Source of the DNA: Perna viridis
Taxonomy: Eukaryota
Reading direction: 5' to 3'
Length of the DNA stretch: 64,000 nucleotides
Assembly (NCBI GenBank): GCA_037379345.1
Contig: CM074518.1
Span: 42,125,586 to 42,189,585, forward strand
The translations under genes were made by a program, and so were the position numbers. This document shows, piece after piece, positions 27,011-41,865 of this stretch. Positions within the stretch are counted from its first letter, which is position 1. The number at the start of each line of letters is the position of its first letter. The notes under the pieces are model-generated. The model searched no databases and was not told where the DNA came from. It saw only the letters and a list, made by a program, of their open reading frames with translations.

Positions 27011-29901
27011 TGCAAATGTGTTAATAAATTTGAGCACAATTTCAAGTCGATCAACACTCACTAAAAACTATGCAATCCTTCACAAATTCTCAAATATCCA
27101 AATAATTTTCTCACATTGAAAATATATAGTCAAAATTCATATAATCTAAAATAAGTTGATAAGTCATCCCTTCTACCTCAATAAGTATACCATTCCAATC
27201 TCCCAAGCTGTCTTAATTAGTAAATCCAATATTTCAAGGAAACTCCAGAATGCTATAAGCTGCCTGCAGACGAAATTCCAAAAATTGGAAAGAGGTGCAA
27301 TTAAACTAAGAACATCATCCTTTCACCCTGATAATATCATCTCAGTCAGAATCAAAACCAATTTTCAGCACATCGTTAGTGATTAACAAGCGAAATTCTC
27401 CGTCAACAAACCATAGTTCTGAAGTATCTATGTTCTAATCTATTTGTTTTAACAACTTTCTTCCCATATCAACAGACTATTTCTTGTTACCGATTTTCAA
27501 ACTTCTAATGACTCTTTTTCAAATTCCAGGAAATAACTTTGTGAATTCTTGCCTTATTATCAACCTGCTTTTCAAAATCATCAAATTGGCTCAGTTTTTC
27601 ATAATCTACTTCAATCTTTATTTTTTGAAGTTCCTTGTTTCTCAGGACAAGGCCATAGTCTAAAATTACTAAATCTCTAACATAATCATAACAAAATGCA
27701 TCAGCTCATTCAATTATCTTCAAATATTCTCAAATTTCTCTTCAAAGTCAAAATCCTTTGTTTGTAGATGTTCACATTGCAACAAAAAAATTATCGTGAC
27801 TATCGAATGATGTTATCTTCTTTGCTGATAAATTTATATCAGCTTCATTAAAAAAAATTATATATAATTATCTCAGATGTTTTACCTTTACTTAATTTGC
27901 TTTTTCACTAAAACTACAGTCTTCAAAATCTAACTTTTTTTCCAGCTACTAAAAACAAATTTCCGTTTTTCAGTTCAAATTACTTCAAACTAACAGATTT
28001 CTTCCATAGAGAGTGTCCACATCACTCTTAAAATCTATCGTCAACAAAAAAAAACCAAAAAGTAACCCTATTTTTGTCGGTTAAAAATATTTCGAACTGA
28101 CAAATCTCTCCTGCAGAAAGTCTCCACACAGAAATACACCAGTCCTTCTAAAATTAAGGAAGAAAACAAAAAAAGTAACCCCAAAATTTTTACGCATCAC
28201 ATTTGATTAAGAATCGCTGGTTACAATCATAAGATAATATAACCTCAATACTCCAGGCACAACTAAACGATAAGAATCACCACAGATGATTTTCAACACA
28301 ATCTGGAGTTCTACCCACGTCATTAAAATTGCCTCATTTGTTTTTTATCGAAATTCATGAAACAAATCATTATTTCAGGAACATAACAATATTCAAAAAT
28401 ATCCTGAAGTATATAATTATCTCAGAAAAAAATCACAACAGAATAACCTTTGTTCAATTTTGACATGAGAAAAATAAATCTTTTATGCTCCCAATTTTCC
28501 AATCAAGTCATCTAAAGTTGAAGTTCTGCTAGCAGTAACATGTCAAAGACAGCACTACACCTTCTATAATTTTTCACTAAAAACCTTGCTGTTTGTTGAT
28601 TTCTATCAATTCAAAGACAATTTTCTTCCATGAAGCACCCAATCTGTTGAAAGTCATCAGCTTTAGTGAAATTCTGTCAGGTCTAACATATGCTAGGAGT
28701 CTTAAATGTGTCTCTTATCGAATTTGCCAAATTACAGTGACTCACAACACCTTAATTAGTTTTAAGGCAACTGCTGATTGGTTTGCTGAGCAGAATCCAT
28801 CATCAAGTTCCCAGATTCAGCAGGAGCTTTGACTACTCAAACCCTGCTTAACTCAATTGGCTTGTGGGAAATGGCTTAGGAAGCTTTAGCAGGTGATTTC
28901 CTAAGCCATTGGCTATGGACTGATTTCATCTTTGATGAGGATATAAAATATATCAATTATCAGGACACTACAATCAATGGATGACCAATAGGTTGCTAAT
29001 TGGATTTTTTTCATGGCCACATGTTCATTAAACACCCAGATACAAACATTGATATATTACCAATAAAAAAATTATTCCAATTCCCTAGCATGTTTGTCAC
29101 CTTTTGTTAGAAAATGTCCCCAAGAGAGAATACTTTTATAACATTTTTCATCAAAACAATGACATTTTCAGGAACAAGTGTTTGCCTTCATTATTTGAGT
29201 CAATTTTCTCCTAAATTCTGATGCATTAATAATTCCATGCCTCAATTACCATTTCATGGATTTCCAATAAAAAAATTAAAAGATGGAAACTAATACCGAA
29301 GAGGTATTCTTTAGTAATTATTTATTTTGCCCATAATTCCCATTCAACACATGGAAATTCTGAATCAATGCTGTGTATGCTTAAGCCTAATGGAATTTCC
29401 GTGCTTTAAAGCTTTCATTCTTCATCATTATCTTTTCTCTAAACATTCAAAGTTGAATGCACATGTCACAACCGATGGAGAGGCTGTCGATCTGCGAGAC
29501 ACGAGCCAGTCTCATCGTTCCTCAAGATGGCAGATCTGTAATTCTGATTCGAACAGATGATTAGATGTTTAACTAAAATGTCTGGTTTCAAATTGAAAAT
29601 ATTGATTCTAAATTTAGAGATGGTATTTATATTTACAGTGAAGTAATCGCTTGTCAGTTTAAGTTGAAGCAATCCACTTCAAAATCTTCCATACTCGTCA
29701 ATCTTTCATGAAGACATATAGTCCCTTCAATCTTAAATAACTATTCTTTAACACTAAAAGTTCCAGTAATAAATCAATGAAATCTACAGAACAAGGACTT
29801 ATCCAATGGAACAAATTTAATGTTAAAAGACAAAGTAGAGTTTTTTAACCAGGCCCATTTGGCCAAAAGTCATAATAAAAAATTATACAGAAGTATAATT
29901 G

Positions 29902-30153
29902 TGATTGATTGATTGATTGTGGTATGTCCTATGATAGATATTTCATCATTTTAGAAACTTGATTTGTATTAGTTTCAGATGCTGAGCTGGATTTTTTATT
30001 GTGCTAGCTCACAGAAGCAACAGCCCAAAGGTTGGCATGTTACCCCACTTTGACACATTATTCTGACTCCAGGCCAGCTAAGTCTTCACTCTATCTACTA
30101 TATACCCAAAGCTTAGTACTCCAGGCAAGCACGGTGCTACTAGACCACCAAGG
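29902..30153 (-). mobile_element. Degenerate V-type tRNA-SINE
   Basis: (GATT)n tail, core shared with 23413-23660, tRNA-like 5' end on minus strand ccttggtggtctagtagcac (A-box-like). Confidence 0.65.
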
Positions 30154-30159
30154 ACAGCA

Positions 30160-30435
30160 GTGCGCAAAAATATTTGGGAAAGGTTTTTTCAGCTGTACTA
30201 CTGGGTATGCCAGTTTATACTGTGCTATGATATTCTGGAAACATCATATGAGCTGTACTAACAGGTATGCCAATTTGTTGTGTGCTATGACATTCTGGAA
30301 ACATCCTTTGAGCTGTATTAACAGGTATGCCAGTTTGTACTGTGCTATGATATTCTGGAAAGGTCTTATGAGCTGTACTACCACGTATGCCAGCTTGTAC
30401 TGTTCTATGATATTTTGGAAACATCTTATGAGCTA
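30160..30435. repeat. 60-bp minisatellite, ~4.5 copies
   Basis: agctgta at 30191, 30251, 30311, 30371. Confidence 0.9.
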
Positions 30436-32078
30436 AATTATGTCAGTATGTATTGTGCTATGTGATTGGTCATTATTTCAGTTGAGGAATGGATTAAGGT
30501 ACTAGTAAATAAGAAACTGCAGTCCAGTTCAAGGCAGTTGGCGGATCACACTTTCCAAACATAGTCACTGCTGCCAGACAAAAATGACATTATACGACAA
30601 TCAGAATTGATTACATGTATTCAAATTAGTAACAGTAATAGAATAAATGCTTTATTCAATCTTAGATTATGCAATAAATACTCAAAACAGTTTCACAGAG
30701 AGCTTTCAAATGAGAAAATTATGATTTGAGATAAAATCAGTTATAAATTTAATGTTTTCAATCTGCACTCCTACATCACAGTTTAATGTCAATAAAACAT
30801 GTAGAAAATTGCTCTTTGATGCAATTGTATTAAATTTTTAAATTTTAACAGTTACATAAGAATTGCTTTAAAGCAATTGTTTCATCAAAATACTTACAAA
30901 TGTTACGCAATAGCACAACAATAATTAAATTGTTACCAGTATAAATTTTCAGTTTATTTGTAAATCAGGTTTTGAAATGTAAAATTTGAAAGCAATGCTT
31001 TTAAAAGCAAGCTCCTACAAATAATTACCAGCATTTAATGTTGTTACACAATTTTACAAGCTTTTATAAAAGCAAAAAACCTTTCCTGTTTGATGTACTC
31101 ACACGGCCTTCCACTATGAAACAATTATATTGCCTTGTTTTCATACTATTTCAAAGATGAACAGATCCCTTGTGACAAATTCCCCAAATCATGTTGCACA
31201 AATATTGATTGTTTTTTTTTCTTCCTGTTTATGATTTCCTAATATACTTTTTTTTCTTATCTGTGAGTTTATGTGCGTATATCGCATCTGTGAGGTAGGC
31301 AGTGCACAATCCCAGGGACTTCGGGACATTGGAACCACTCCCTCCCCTCCCCCCCCCCATTTCTGACCAAAGTTAATACATTTATTTATTTTTCATTAAA
31401 GAGCACCATATGAAATGAAAATTGAATGCTTCAGATCTTGCCTTACAATAAATACTGTAATCATAGTAATTTTTGTGGTGTTCCAAATTTCCCTATTTTT
31501 TCTGATGGAAAGAAAAAAGTGTGAAAAATAGTACCTACTATATTTATTTGTATCACTATATTAACACTAATCATTTCTTGAAACTTCGAAAATTGATATC
31601 CACAAAAATGTTCACTTGACAGAATCAGTGAAAATTAACAACTGTGAAATAAAATACATTTTTTAGTATCATTAAAAAAATTACCTCTTCATTAACCTCA
31701 TTTTCATTGTTTTTTAATAAAATACTACAAAGAAGAAAGAAAACACAGTTAAGTGTCATAACTGTCATTATAAATGAAGAAACCAATACATGTATACATG
31801 TATGGTAATCAAAATCCAACAGCTGACAAACATCCTCTACCAGTACTTCAAAGAATACCAGATTCTTTCAAACAGCTTTTATATCCACAATGTGCACCCA
31901 GATTCTCTCTAGAAAAAAAGAACCTTAGTCCAAACATACTTTTATCATACTTGTATATCACCATGTTATCAAAGTGAGATAAAAAGTCATGTTCACAGCA
32001 CCCAACTGTGGTAAACAGCCAATGATAACCATCTTCTTACAGAAATACTTTCACAGATGTCTAAAGAGGACTGCTTTT

Positions 32079-32112
<34 letters not shown>

Positions 32113-34673
32113 TGGGGTGAAAGAATGTAAAGGTATCTAAGTGGAAGCAATGGTGACCATTAAAAATGAAGGGGTGTCATGGGTAGCACACTTAACAGTG
32201 ATGGGGGACTAACTTACTGGCCTAAAGACAAACAGACAGATTTATTTATCCCTCCAAAATTTTGTTTGTTGGAATATAATGAAAGTTTAGTAGAAGCTTC
32301 AAACTATAGAAACTAAGTATCTTAAAGGAGCTAAAAGTATTTCAGTGATCACATTTTCACTAGAAACTTTTACAGGTTCTATTTATTCTTCTAAATATAC
32401 CAAGTAACCATAAACAAATCTGGCAAAAAAAAACACAGTATGATATTGCAGAATTACTTATCGATTAATGACCTGATTTTATGAACTTATATTGTATGAC
32501 TCAATAAAGAAGGCTCCACCTCAGCTAAGACAAGACAGCTTCATGTTCCTTGAAGATTAATAAATCTCCTTTTCCATTCATTCTACATTATTATTATCTC
32601 TTGCTACATTGTGTGTTTGCTTAGATTTGCTCAGAATTATCAGTATTGCATATTGTGATCTGCAATAAATAAACAATACTATGATTCATAGATACAGGAA
32701 CAATGACTGGTTTAAAAGGGTGCCAGTTTAGAAAAACACACACTAAGTTAAGGAATAAGTAACAGATGGCTGATGGCTGTTATGAAGCTGGGTGAGGTAA
32801 TTTTTGGGATGACCATTGTATAAACAACTAACATACTAAAAACAATGCATTGCTATGAAAATGGCTTCTTTTTTAAATAATAGTGAAACTTTTAAAAAAC
32901 ATTCAGATATACTAAAATACCTGGCCATTCCCTACCTAAAAGCAAGCACAGGGGAGAGGAAAAGTGGGTGCCTGATTGCTAGGTGTTAAATGTTAAGAAC
33001 GCTATAGTGAAATATTTGAGGACGCAAATAACACTAAAAAATCAAAGTACCCCCAAACCCTGAGTCAATTTTTTCAGGAACTGAAGTACTGTTGTTGAAG
33101 TTATACATGAAACCTCACCCTTAATTATATTCATCACCAACCCAAGTGTCTGCAAAATGCCTACTGACAGATAAGGTTGAAAAAACATTTTCTTACTTCA
33201 GTTTGCAAAAGTTGAATAGTTTTCTCTTAGCCAACATCAATAAATAAAGCGGAAGTAATTGTCATATTAAAGACTTAAAGAGTAATAATGTAGCCAAAAG
33301 CTAGTGTGCGACCTCAAAAAATGAAATATCAAAATATCATAATCGATGCTGTTCATTTTTGAAAAACAAATCTATGAAATATAATGATATGATTGGCACA
33401 GACAAACCATTTCAAAGTAAATAACAAATTGAAAAGTAGCAAATAGGTGTTGATAGATAAGCATGTATCGGGGAAAAAAAACACAAGTTTTTACAGAAAA
33501 CAGGTGAAACACATAAAATCGAATAATTATGTAACATGCATTGAACACATGTACCATTATTTCTAATTCTAAATTACTAATATGCATTTACTGCCAATAT
33601 TAACAGTAATTTTGTGATCTATGGGCTTGTCTTATGCAACATTATTGCCCAAGATTGTGTAGTAAAATCAAACCAACACAGCTAATGTACAAGGACCCAG
33701 AACATGGGGTAATCAATTTTTGCATGTGTTGGAAATATTTTGTAGTAAGGTTTTCAAGGATGAATAATGGTAACATGAAATTACCACAAAAAATAGACAT
33801 GTATTCTGAATTGCCTATCATACATGTAACATGAAGCATAGAGAACATTGAAGTAGCAAGATTGAAAGGCAAGATTGTGTCAGTATTTGAAAAGGTCACT
33901 TGTCTCAATTTCCTTCTAGACATAGCTGTATTGCACTTTGCCAAAATTGTATTGACTATTTCCATGAGGTGCTCCTTTATAACTTGTATTTGTCATCTTA
34001 TTATGATTGAATAGAAATCTCTGTGCAATTATTCCATTATTTAAATAAAAAATAAACAGTTTATATATTAAAGACAATACAGTCTGGTCAGTGTAAAATT
34101 GGCCGTTTTGGGACCTAAAAGTATGCAAAAATGTTTGCAGTTTTTAATTATGTCTGCTTACACTCAAGAGTAAATTTTAGTGGAATCTAACCTGGCATTT
34201 TTAAACAAACTGCTAAAATATATGCCCAAACTGGCACCCATAAAAGTTATCTGCTATACAATATATGTATTCCCAGAGAGCAAAGGAGGGGAAACTACAC
34301 AGGTAAGAGGCAATTTTTTGCACACTGAGCATTTGATTGCAAACACTACTGTTCCATGAAAACCAATGTAGAAGAAACAAGAAATCATACTCGTTGCAGA
34401 TTAAAGATTGGGTTAACCTTCACTCGTTAGAGAGATTATTTTTTTCACCCTTACAGCTATGCTCTTCCCGTTAAAAAAAATTTGAATTTCTCCAACTCCT
34501 GAAAAACACATTTGTAACCTGATCTTTAAACTTCATTATACAGTAAAATCACGATTTAAAAAAGCAGAAATTCACAATATAGTGAATATACCCTTATAAA
34601 TATGGTTTCATTCCAATCCCACAATCTTAACCTAAGGACTTATTAACAGGGAAACATTATCCTTGTTTTTCTT

Positions 34674-35069
34674 TTAAGTAGCTGTCTTTGTAAGAATCAA
34701 GCAAAATCTGAAAAATTTGATACACCCCAAAAAAGGCTACATATTTTTATTTTTGTAATTAAGTTGTTTTATGGGTCTATACTATAAATTGTGTAATTAT
34801 TCATTCAAATCTGCCTGCTCTTAGGAGATAATCAACACTGAAAATCCAATAGATTCTATTGTATTTGGGTGTCATTTACAGAGTTATCTCCCTTAATTTT
34901 GAAATCTACAGTACAATCTTTATAATTTTTGTCTCCTAAGAACATGGGTTATATGAAAAACTGAATGTTAATTTCTGTTTAATATGGCAATTTAAACAAA
35001 ATATCAAAAATAAAAATATGTAGGCCATGAATCACATTTTGCATGATTCTTAGCTGGAGTGCTACTTAA
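34674..35069. mobile_element. MITE family B
   Basis: Reverse-complement homologue of 5944-6358, TTAA at both ends. Confidence 0.85.
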
Positions 35070-35151
35070 GAGGTCAGATGAAGAAATGGAATGTCACGAT
35101 AGTAAATTGTGAAACAGTGCTGAGGGCCTTTCCAGCATAACAACACTCAAA

Positions 35152-35364
35152 TACTGTAAACCTGGAATTTTTCGCAGTGTTTTTTTCCCCAGGTTTCTTC
35201 TATAAATGTACCTTCACAAAGTTTTAAGTTCATGATTGTTCATCAAAGTGTACTGTAATGTTCTTTGAAGAAAACATTCAATGACAGTTTAATTTTCACG
35301 TTACGAATTTTGACGGGAAAATAGTGAAAATAAAACTGCCACAAAAATTTCATGGTTCACAGTA
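35152..35364. mobile_element. TA-flanked MITE with CTGT...ACAG ends (related architecture)
   Basis: tactgtaaacctggaattttt...aaaaatttcatggttcacagta. Confidence 0.65.
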
Positions 35365-35743
35365 ACCAAGAAGACATACATGTTGGTAAACCCTGAGACA
35401 AACTGAAAGATCTTTGTACAAAAGCTGCAAATTATTTGACATAAGTATTGGCTCAAAAGTACATCTGGCATTATTTTTTTTCATCATTTACCTAGTTCTT
35501 CAACCTACATCAAACAATTAGTAAACCATTGGAACAGATGTCTATAGTTTCATTAAAATCCATTCAATCTCTGAATCCCTACATACTGATTGCACAATAA
35601 ATAAAACCCATGAAAGCTCACGTCTTCAAGCATATGTCTTTTGTTTTATCAATTTCAAGTCAATCACATGAAACCCTTTTAAATGATTGCGCAATAATCA
35701 CATCCATATGAAATTTATATCTCAACAGCACCACACTTCAGTT

Positions 35744-36133
35744 GGGCATAGTTTATTTTATGGAGTGGAGTTTTAGAGTGGACTCTTGAAGTGGAATCTT
35801 AAAAATCGAACTTTGAAGTGAAAATTTAAATTTGATAGTGGGTTTGAATTTGAAATTAATTTTTGACTTTGCCATATATTGTATAATATACTGTTCATTA
35901 TTAGACATGAGCGTTTTATAAATGAATGATTGTTGGAAGGTTATGTATTTTTTTTTAAAATCAGAGTCTTAGTTTTGATATATTCTGAAACAAAACTACA
36001 TGTTTTTAATTAGTAATTATGTAAGTCAATGGCAGATTTAAAAAATGAAAACTCCACAACACTAAGTACTGCACCAAAATTCACTCCACAATACCACTCC
36101 ATGACTCCACTCCATAAAATAAACCATGTGCCC
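35744..36133. mobile_element. MITE-like element with ~28-bp TIR
   Basis: catagtttattttatggagtggagt / actccactccataaaataaaccatg. Confidence 0.7.
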
Positions 36134-37139
36134 TTGAGAGGAAAGCATCATTCATTTGAATGGTAATTACATTTCTGAAGGGTTTGGTATCTACATGTAG
36201 GAATGATGCAGTATCACTAAAATAATTAGTAAACTCTAACACCTTCAAATCATGAGTCACACGAAAGCCTCTTGGTTAAGTACTTCCAATGGGCAATTTG
36301 TCTTCAAATGATGTAATACTACAATATTCATTCAAGTTAAAATGGTTTTGTGCATTGAGGCATATATATATTTGAATGAATAAGAGTAGGAAATTGAGAT
36401 GGTTAGCTATGGGTTTTATGCAGCAGAAGTGATTCTGTACACAAGAATATTACAAATGAGGATCTAATGTATCGACTACAGAGTTTAAGAGATTTACCAC
36501 AAATATCACATTTCTGGATAAAATGAAATTAGAATTCAACAATTCTTCAGAGAGAAATCTGGATTTACAATCCCATGTGTCCATGACCCTCCAATTTCAT
36601 TACAGATGAGACTGGTTAATAAGTAAATACTGTAAACGGAGCACTAAACTTCTAAACATCTTTGTTTGCCTATGACATATGGACCATTTCTTATGTTTAG
36701 GAAGAACTATAATCTCCTTAGATTCAAATTTGCAGGTCATTTTTACAATTCAATTTGAAATGTGATTCAACACAGGGCTCCCTCTAAAATGTTTCATGTG
36801 CTTATTAACTTTCAAAGGAGTTTGGGTCAAAACTCTGAAAGGAACTGACCAAATAGGATTAAATATCAATCTTAAATGGTTTTTAGTACCAGTATATAAA
36901 ATCCTTTAAAAAACATCTTTACAGAAAATGAAAGAAATATCATCACAAGAAAACAGACATCTATATGAGAACTGAGTTAATAATCAATAATGATAAATCA
37001 TACTTCCAAATTTTTTAACGATCCATCACACAAAATTACAAAGACAATGAAAGTGACAAACTGAAATAGACAGTATATTTTGACCTTTCAAACTATGAGA
37101 AATACACAAAATTGAAGTGAAGTTTGTTTTTGCCTTCAA

Positions 37140-37382
37140 AAAAGTATGTCTGACCTGTTTCAAAATTCATATGGGTATAACTCCCCTTAAAATTTAGAAG
37201 ATCCTAAAGTCCTGGAGGTTTGAACAACTCCCAATCATGTCCTAACAACACACAAAGTTCCATGAAATGTGGTACAATATTTTCTGAGGAGTTGCCCTTA
37301 AAAAAGTGTGACATACGGACAGACAGACAGACAGACATGTCAAAAACAATATGTCTCCTTAAAAAAGTCAATGAGACATAAT
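37140..37382 (-). mobile_element. HINE/DINE-1-like fragment
   Basis: (GACA)n microsatellite followed by terminal palindrome atgtctc...gagacat. Confidence 0.55.
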
Positions 37383-39202
37383 GTACATTGTTGAGTATGA
37401 CTAAAAAATCTCAACACTATTGTAAAAATAGACCTACCTTTCAAACCATACAATTTTTTCTTTCTACGCATTAACAATCGGCAGCAATTATCTTATTAGA
37501 TCAGACTCATAACATTGACATATTACACATTGGATTTAGTTGAAACTTGGACATCTCCCAGACTAAAAGATCATTATAAAATAAACACTATCTTGTGAAT
37601 ATTGGAGCAAGTCCAGTCTGAAAGCAATATGAAAATTTGCCAGTGGAGAGTGATAACAGAGAAAAGGGTGTAATTAAAGGGGCCTACTAAGTATATTTTG
37701 CCTGTCTGTCTATCAGTACTTTTTTTTCTGAGGACAGTAGTAAGAGAAGTCAGATGATTGCAAGACTAGGCCCAATTAATCCGCTATATCTTTCCATTGT
37801 GGAAAAAACAGAAACCACAAATCTTTCAGTAATAATGGAAACAACTAACAAAATACAGAAATGGACCAGGACAGTAGCTTAAGATAATGCCAAAAGATAT
37901 TTTTGCAATCAAACAGAAGACTTTCCCACAAAATCATACAAATTAGTTAAAAATAAACTCTATCAAGATTTCTTTATGATTTCTGCAGCAATCAAAATAC
38001 AGAGCTACTTCATCAAACCACATTACAAGGCAACGAAATGCCCGATCAATGGATTATATGCAGATTGCAGAAAAACTGGAATCAAATGATAGATTAATTT
38101 CTGACGAAAAGATGAATATCGCCACATGAGATTTTTGATGAAGGAGAAATCAAACACACTTTTGCTGCTGATCAAATCAACAATGATGTAATGCCGTGTT
38201 TTTCCCACATTTAATAATAATATCTGATTAGCTGTTTAATTAATGATCAGAATCTACAAAGAATAAAATAACAGGAAGAAATTGTTGCTGTCTTATTAAA
38301 GCTGTTGATTTGTTTGTTTTTCTTACATCTTATTTACTTCCACATCCTTTTTATTGGTGTATTTGTTTGTTTGTTTTTTTTATCCATAATTCAAATTAAT
38401 TTTTTTTTTCATTAAGGCCCATAGAACTAATTAAACAAGAAATTACATGCATTGTTGTGTTAGACAAATGCCACTCATTCTGCATAATGAAAATAAGAAA
38501 TTCCCACAAAACAGCTGATATAAAACAGCATCCATTGCATGCTCCATCTATATAATACAGTATTATTGTGTAATCCATATTGGCTTAGATATTGGTCCAC
38601 GGTTAGCCATATTGGACTAAGGCATAGTCAGTATGGACAACCTTATGCAATGATACCTTTATTGACTAACTAGATCAATACGTCTAATTGGCCTAGGCCA
38701 ATACAGATTTTAACCACCATGCCAATATCACATATTGGATTGGTAAGAGTTGATTGGACGGCTATTAAATCCCATATTGGTGCACTCTTGTTTTTGTATT
38801 GTATTAGCAATTTTGGTCATAATTAAGGTAATATTGTAACATTAGTCAATAAAACCACATATCATATATGAAATCAGTCCATCAACAGGAAGTCAAGCAA
38901 ATTGTGACAAAATTTAGACAGAATGATAAATGTACTGATGGACAAGGTGATTAGGGGGCATCAAAATTAGTAAATGAGCACCAAAATATTGAAGAATCAT
39001 TACCTTACGTCATACTATTGGTGCTTCATTCTTGATAGGTCTTGTACAGTGAAATCTGCCTAAACCAAACCCTGAATAAATTGGAAACCTGTCTAATTCA
39101 GGCACCTTTTGCAGTCTTTACATATCAAACCATATAAACCTAAGACATAATATCTAAACCAACCTATAAATTCAATCCCAAAGGAGTGTGGTTTTGGCAG
39201 GT

Positions 39203-39414
39203 TTAAGGAAGTAAACCTGAGGTAAGGTACACAACAATTGCAAATCACTGGAATGTTTGTATTCAGCATTTTACATTAATCTCATGTAAGCATCAAAGTA
39301 ATTTAGATTGATTTCATTCTGTTCCAAATGAAAGCTTCACAAGCTTTCATGAAAATGAATATGATACAAACATATCACTGAGTTATGTCCCTTACCTTCG
39401 GTTTACCTCCTTAA
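39203..39414. mobile_element. MITE family C, nested in another MITE
   Basis: Homologous to 22637-22856, TTAA on both sides. Confidence 0.82.
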
Positions 39415-40771
39415 CTGCAACATTTTTTTTCAAATGTGTTGGATTAGATAGGTTCCAATGTACACATGTAACCAATGAATAAAGAGGCAACACTTCATCA
39501 CAGTTATAATACTCTTACTCTGTAAACACAAATACCAGAAACTGGAAAAGCAAGGTTTTCATTTTTTAGAGTGAAATTTATTCAGGACTTCACCATACAA
39601 TATCTACAAGCCCATGCGTGACAAAACCACAGAAGTTATTCAGCATTCACCAAATCTCTAGTTCATAATTATTTCATTGCATGTCAAGTACCATAGAATT
39701 AACAAATCCATGAAGAAAATGGGTTAATTTTCTGACAAGCATCTCTGTAATAAACATGAAAGAAACAATAAGTGAAATGTACATTGTCGAAATGTACACC
39801 AAATGTCAAAGAGGACATGAAATCTACAACACCCAAATAAACTGAGGGAATTATGATTAAGAATTACATAAATAGGACATAACAATTATTAAATGGAATC
39901 TGCAATACGACCTTAGGAAACTTTGAGTGATTGGGCAGCCCTAAACTCAGCTATGATGATAACAGAAAATCTACATGTATGCATAACAGATAAAAACAAA
40001 ATATCAGTGACAGCAGTTTTGAAGTAGCAACAGAAAATATCAAGAGATGTGATGTTCTGTTGAGACATTCAAACCTGATGTTTATCATGTTGATTTGCAA
40101 TGGCAATCGACATGATACAACATTGTCAATGAAAATTTCCCATATTTTTTGGTATAATGACAGTAGACTAAGATGGAAACTATCAGATAACAAGAACAAT
40201 GGAAAAACATTAGCAACAGATAAGAAGGCAGTTTGTTTCGTCATTTCTGATAAGTAAATTAATATCAGGGATGATTTTACGAGGTCTACAAACAAAGCGG
40301 AAATAAGTAAAATCGGAAGTAAATATACAGTAAAAAAAAAATCGGAACAGTGAAATCCAGAATTGAAACAGTGTAGTTCTGCTAAAAGGCGGAAAAAAGT
40401 TATCCCTGTATTATTTCTCACCCCACACACACCTAAAAATTTGACAAAAATATACAAAAAATGGAGAGGGAATTTTTTTGCATCAGCATCTAGCATTTAG
40501 ATAACACACAAATCTTTCATATCTTGATGACTAAAACATTTCTTCTTTGAAACTGATGTGGCTGTGGATACTTCAAATAGCTAAACTTAGGACAGCAAAT
40601 ATCTGGTAAGAAATAAAAAATTAAAAATTAAAATCTTCCCAGCCGCCCCATATTTTTTGTGAAGGTTGGATGAGAATCAACCATTTAAGTTTTCTTGGCA
40701 TTACTGAACAACTATACCCAAATCCCTAATCAGTAAGTATTCTTGCATACAATATATATATATATACTTAC

Positions 40772-40815
40772 AACAAATGTCTGAGTGCCACTTGTCTAAT
40801 AAGAAACAGTTCCAT
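40772..40815 (-). CDS. ARHGAP39: Candidate short alternative first coding exon (phase 2 into the WW2 exon)
   Basis: aaaacaATGG start, MELFLIRQVALRHL plus TT|gtaagt. Confidence 0.3.
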
Positions 40816-41865
40816 TGTTTTCAGAATAATTCTCTAAAAACTTCAAGCATGAAAATACAGTAGTCTCCAAGTACTGGTACAAAGGTCCACTTAAGCAGAA
40901 ATATGATCAGTAAAAATGTTACTTTTTTAAATGTCAACTTCAACCTGCGCCAATTGGAATGTCAAGCAAAATTAATAGAATTTTTCAAGACTTGCAATAT
41001 ATAAAAATTCTGTTACAGTTGAATAAGTAACAAGTTGGAACATAAAATAAAAGGCAAACAATCTTAAGTAATCTACAAATATGGCACCACCTTGTCAATT
41101 AAATTAAATCCATATAAATGTGAGAAGACTTCATGAATTCAAAGAATGTTCTTTTCTCAATAGAAATACCACAACTGAGAATAATTCCACTGAAAAATGT
41201 CAATCGTGATTTGCTTCTACTCAACAATTCAAAAAACGCTACTTGAATACCACACAAAACGGCAATTCCCACATCCAAGGAAGAAAATCCATAGAATAAT
41301 TTCCAAATGCTAACAATCCAAAATGTCGATACAAAAGTTCAGCATAGCCAGAGACGAAACTCATCAACAAGGAGTGGAAATTATTGTTATTATGTGTCGT
41401 CCCGTTATTTCCGGACAAATGGACATTACTGTTAATTTCAATACACCTGTCAATCAGCCAAAAGGGAAATAAGACAAGATACTATTTTTATACATTAATG
41501 TAACGTGTATTGTCAAATGAATTGTCAAATGTTCATAGTACATACTATTAGGAGTTATCATGTAACTGATGTCCTCAGCCTGAGGGCTATGTGGTCCTTG
41601 ATTTGTTGTAAGATAATTTTCTCTGATACATGAAGATGTATTTCTTCTAATTGAAAGTGATAAGTAGTGTAAAATGACAAGACATCACTAGGTATATCTA
41701 GATCAACTGAAGGCCATCAAAACCTAGTCACATGGTTTTTGGTTTGATTTCTACTTGTTCTGCATTTTTTCCTGTTTTACTAAGAAGCTGAATAAGTTGA
41801 AAGATATCAAACAAATGAATGCTACTGAAGATATAAACACACACTTCCATATCAATAAAACTTAC

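Noticed and set aside
30032-30436. 134-aa Cys-rich repeat protein
   Set aside because: Open frame produced by a 60-bp minisatellite fused to a SINE remnant, antisense within an intron.
38545-38785. CCATATTGG cluster as SRF CArG boxes
   Set aside because: Only five A/T bases (CArG needs six); looks more like subterminal repeats of a decayed transposon.
39951-40496. 181-aa hydrophobic ORF
   Set aside because: Composition typical of T-rich intron translation; no recognisable domain or splice link.
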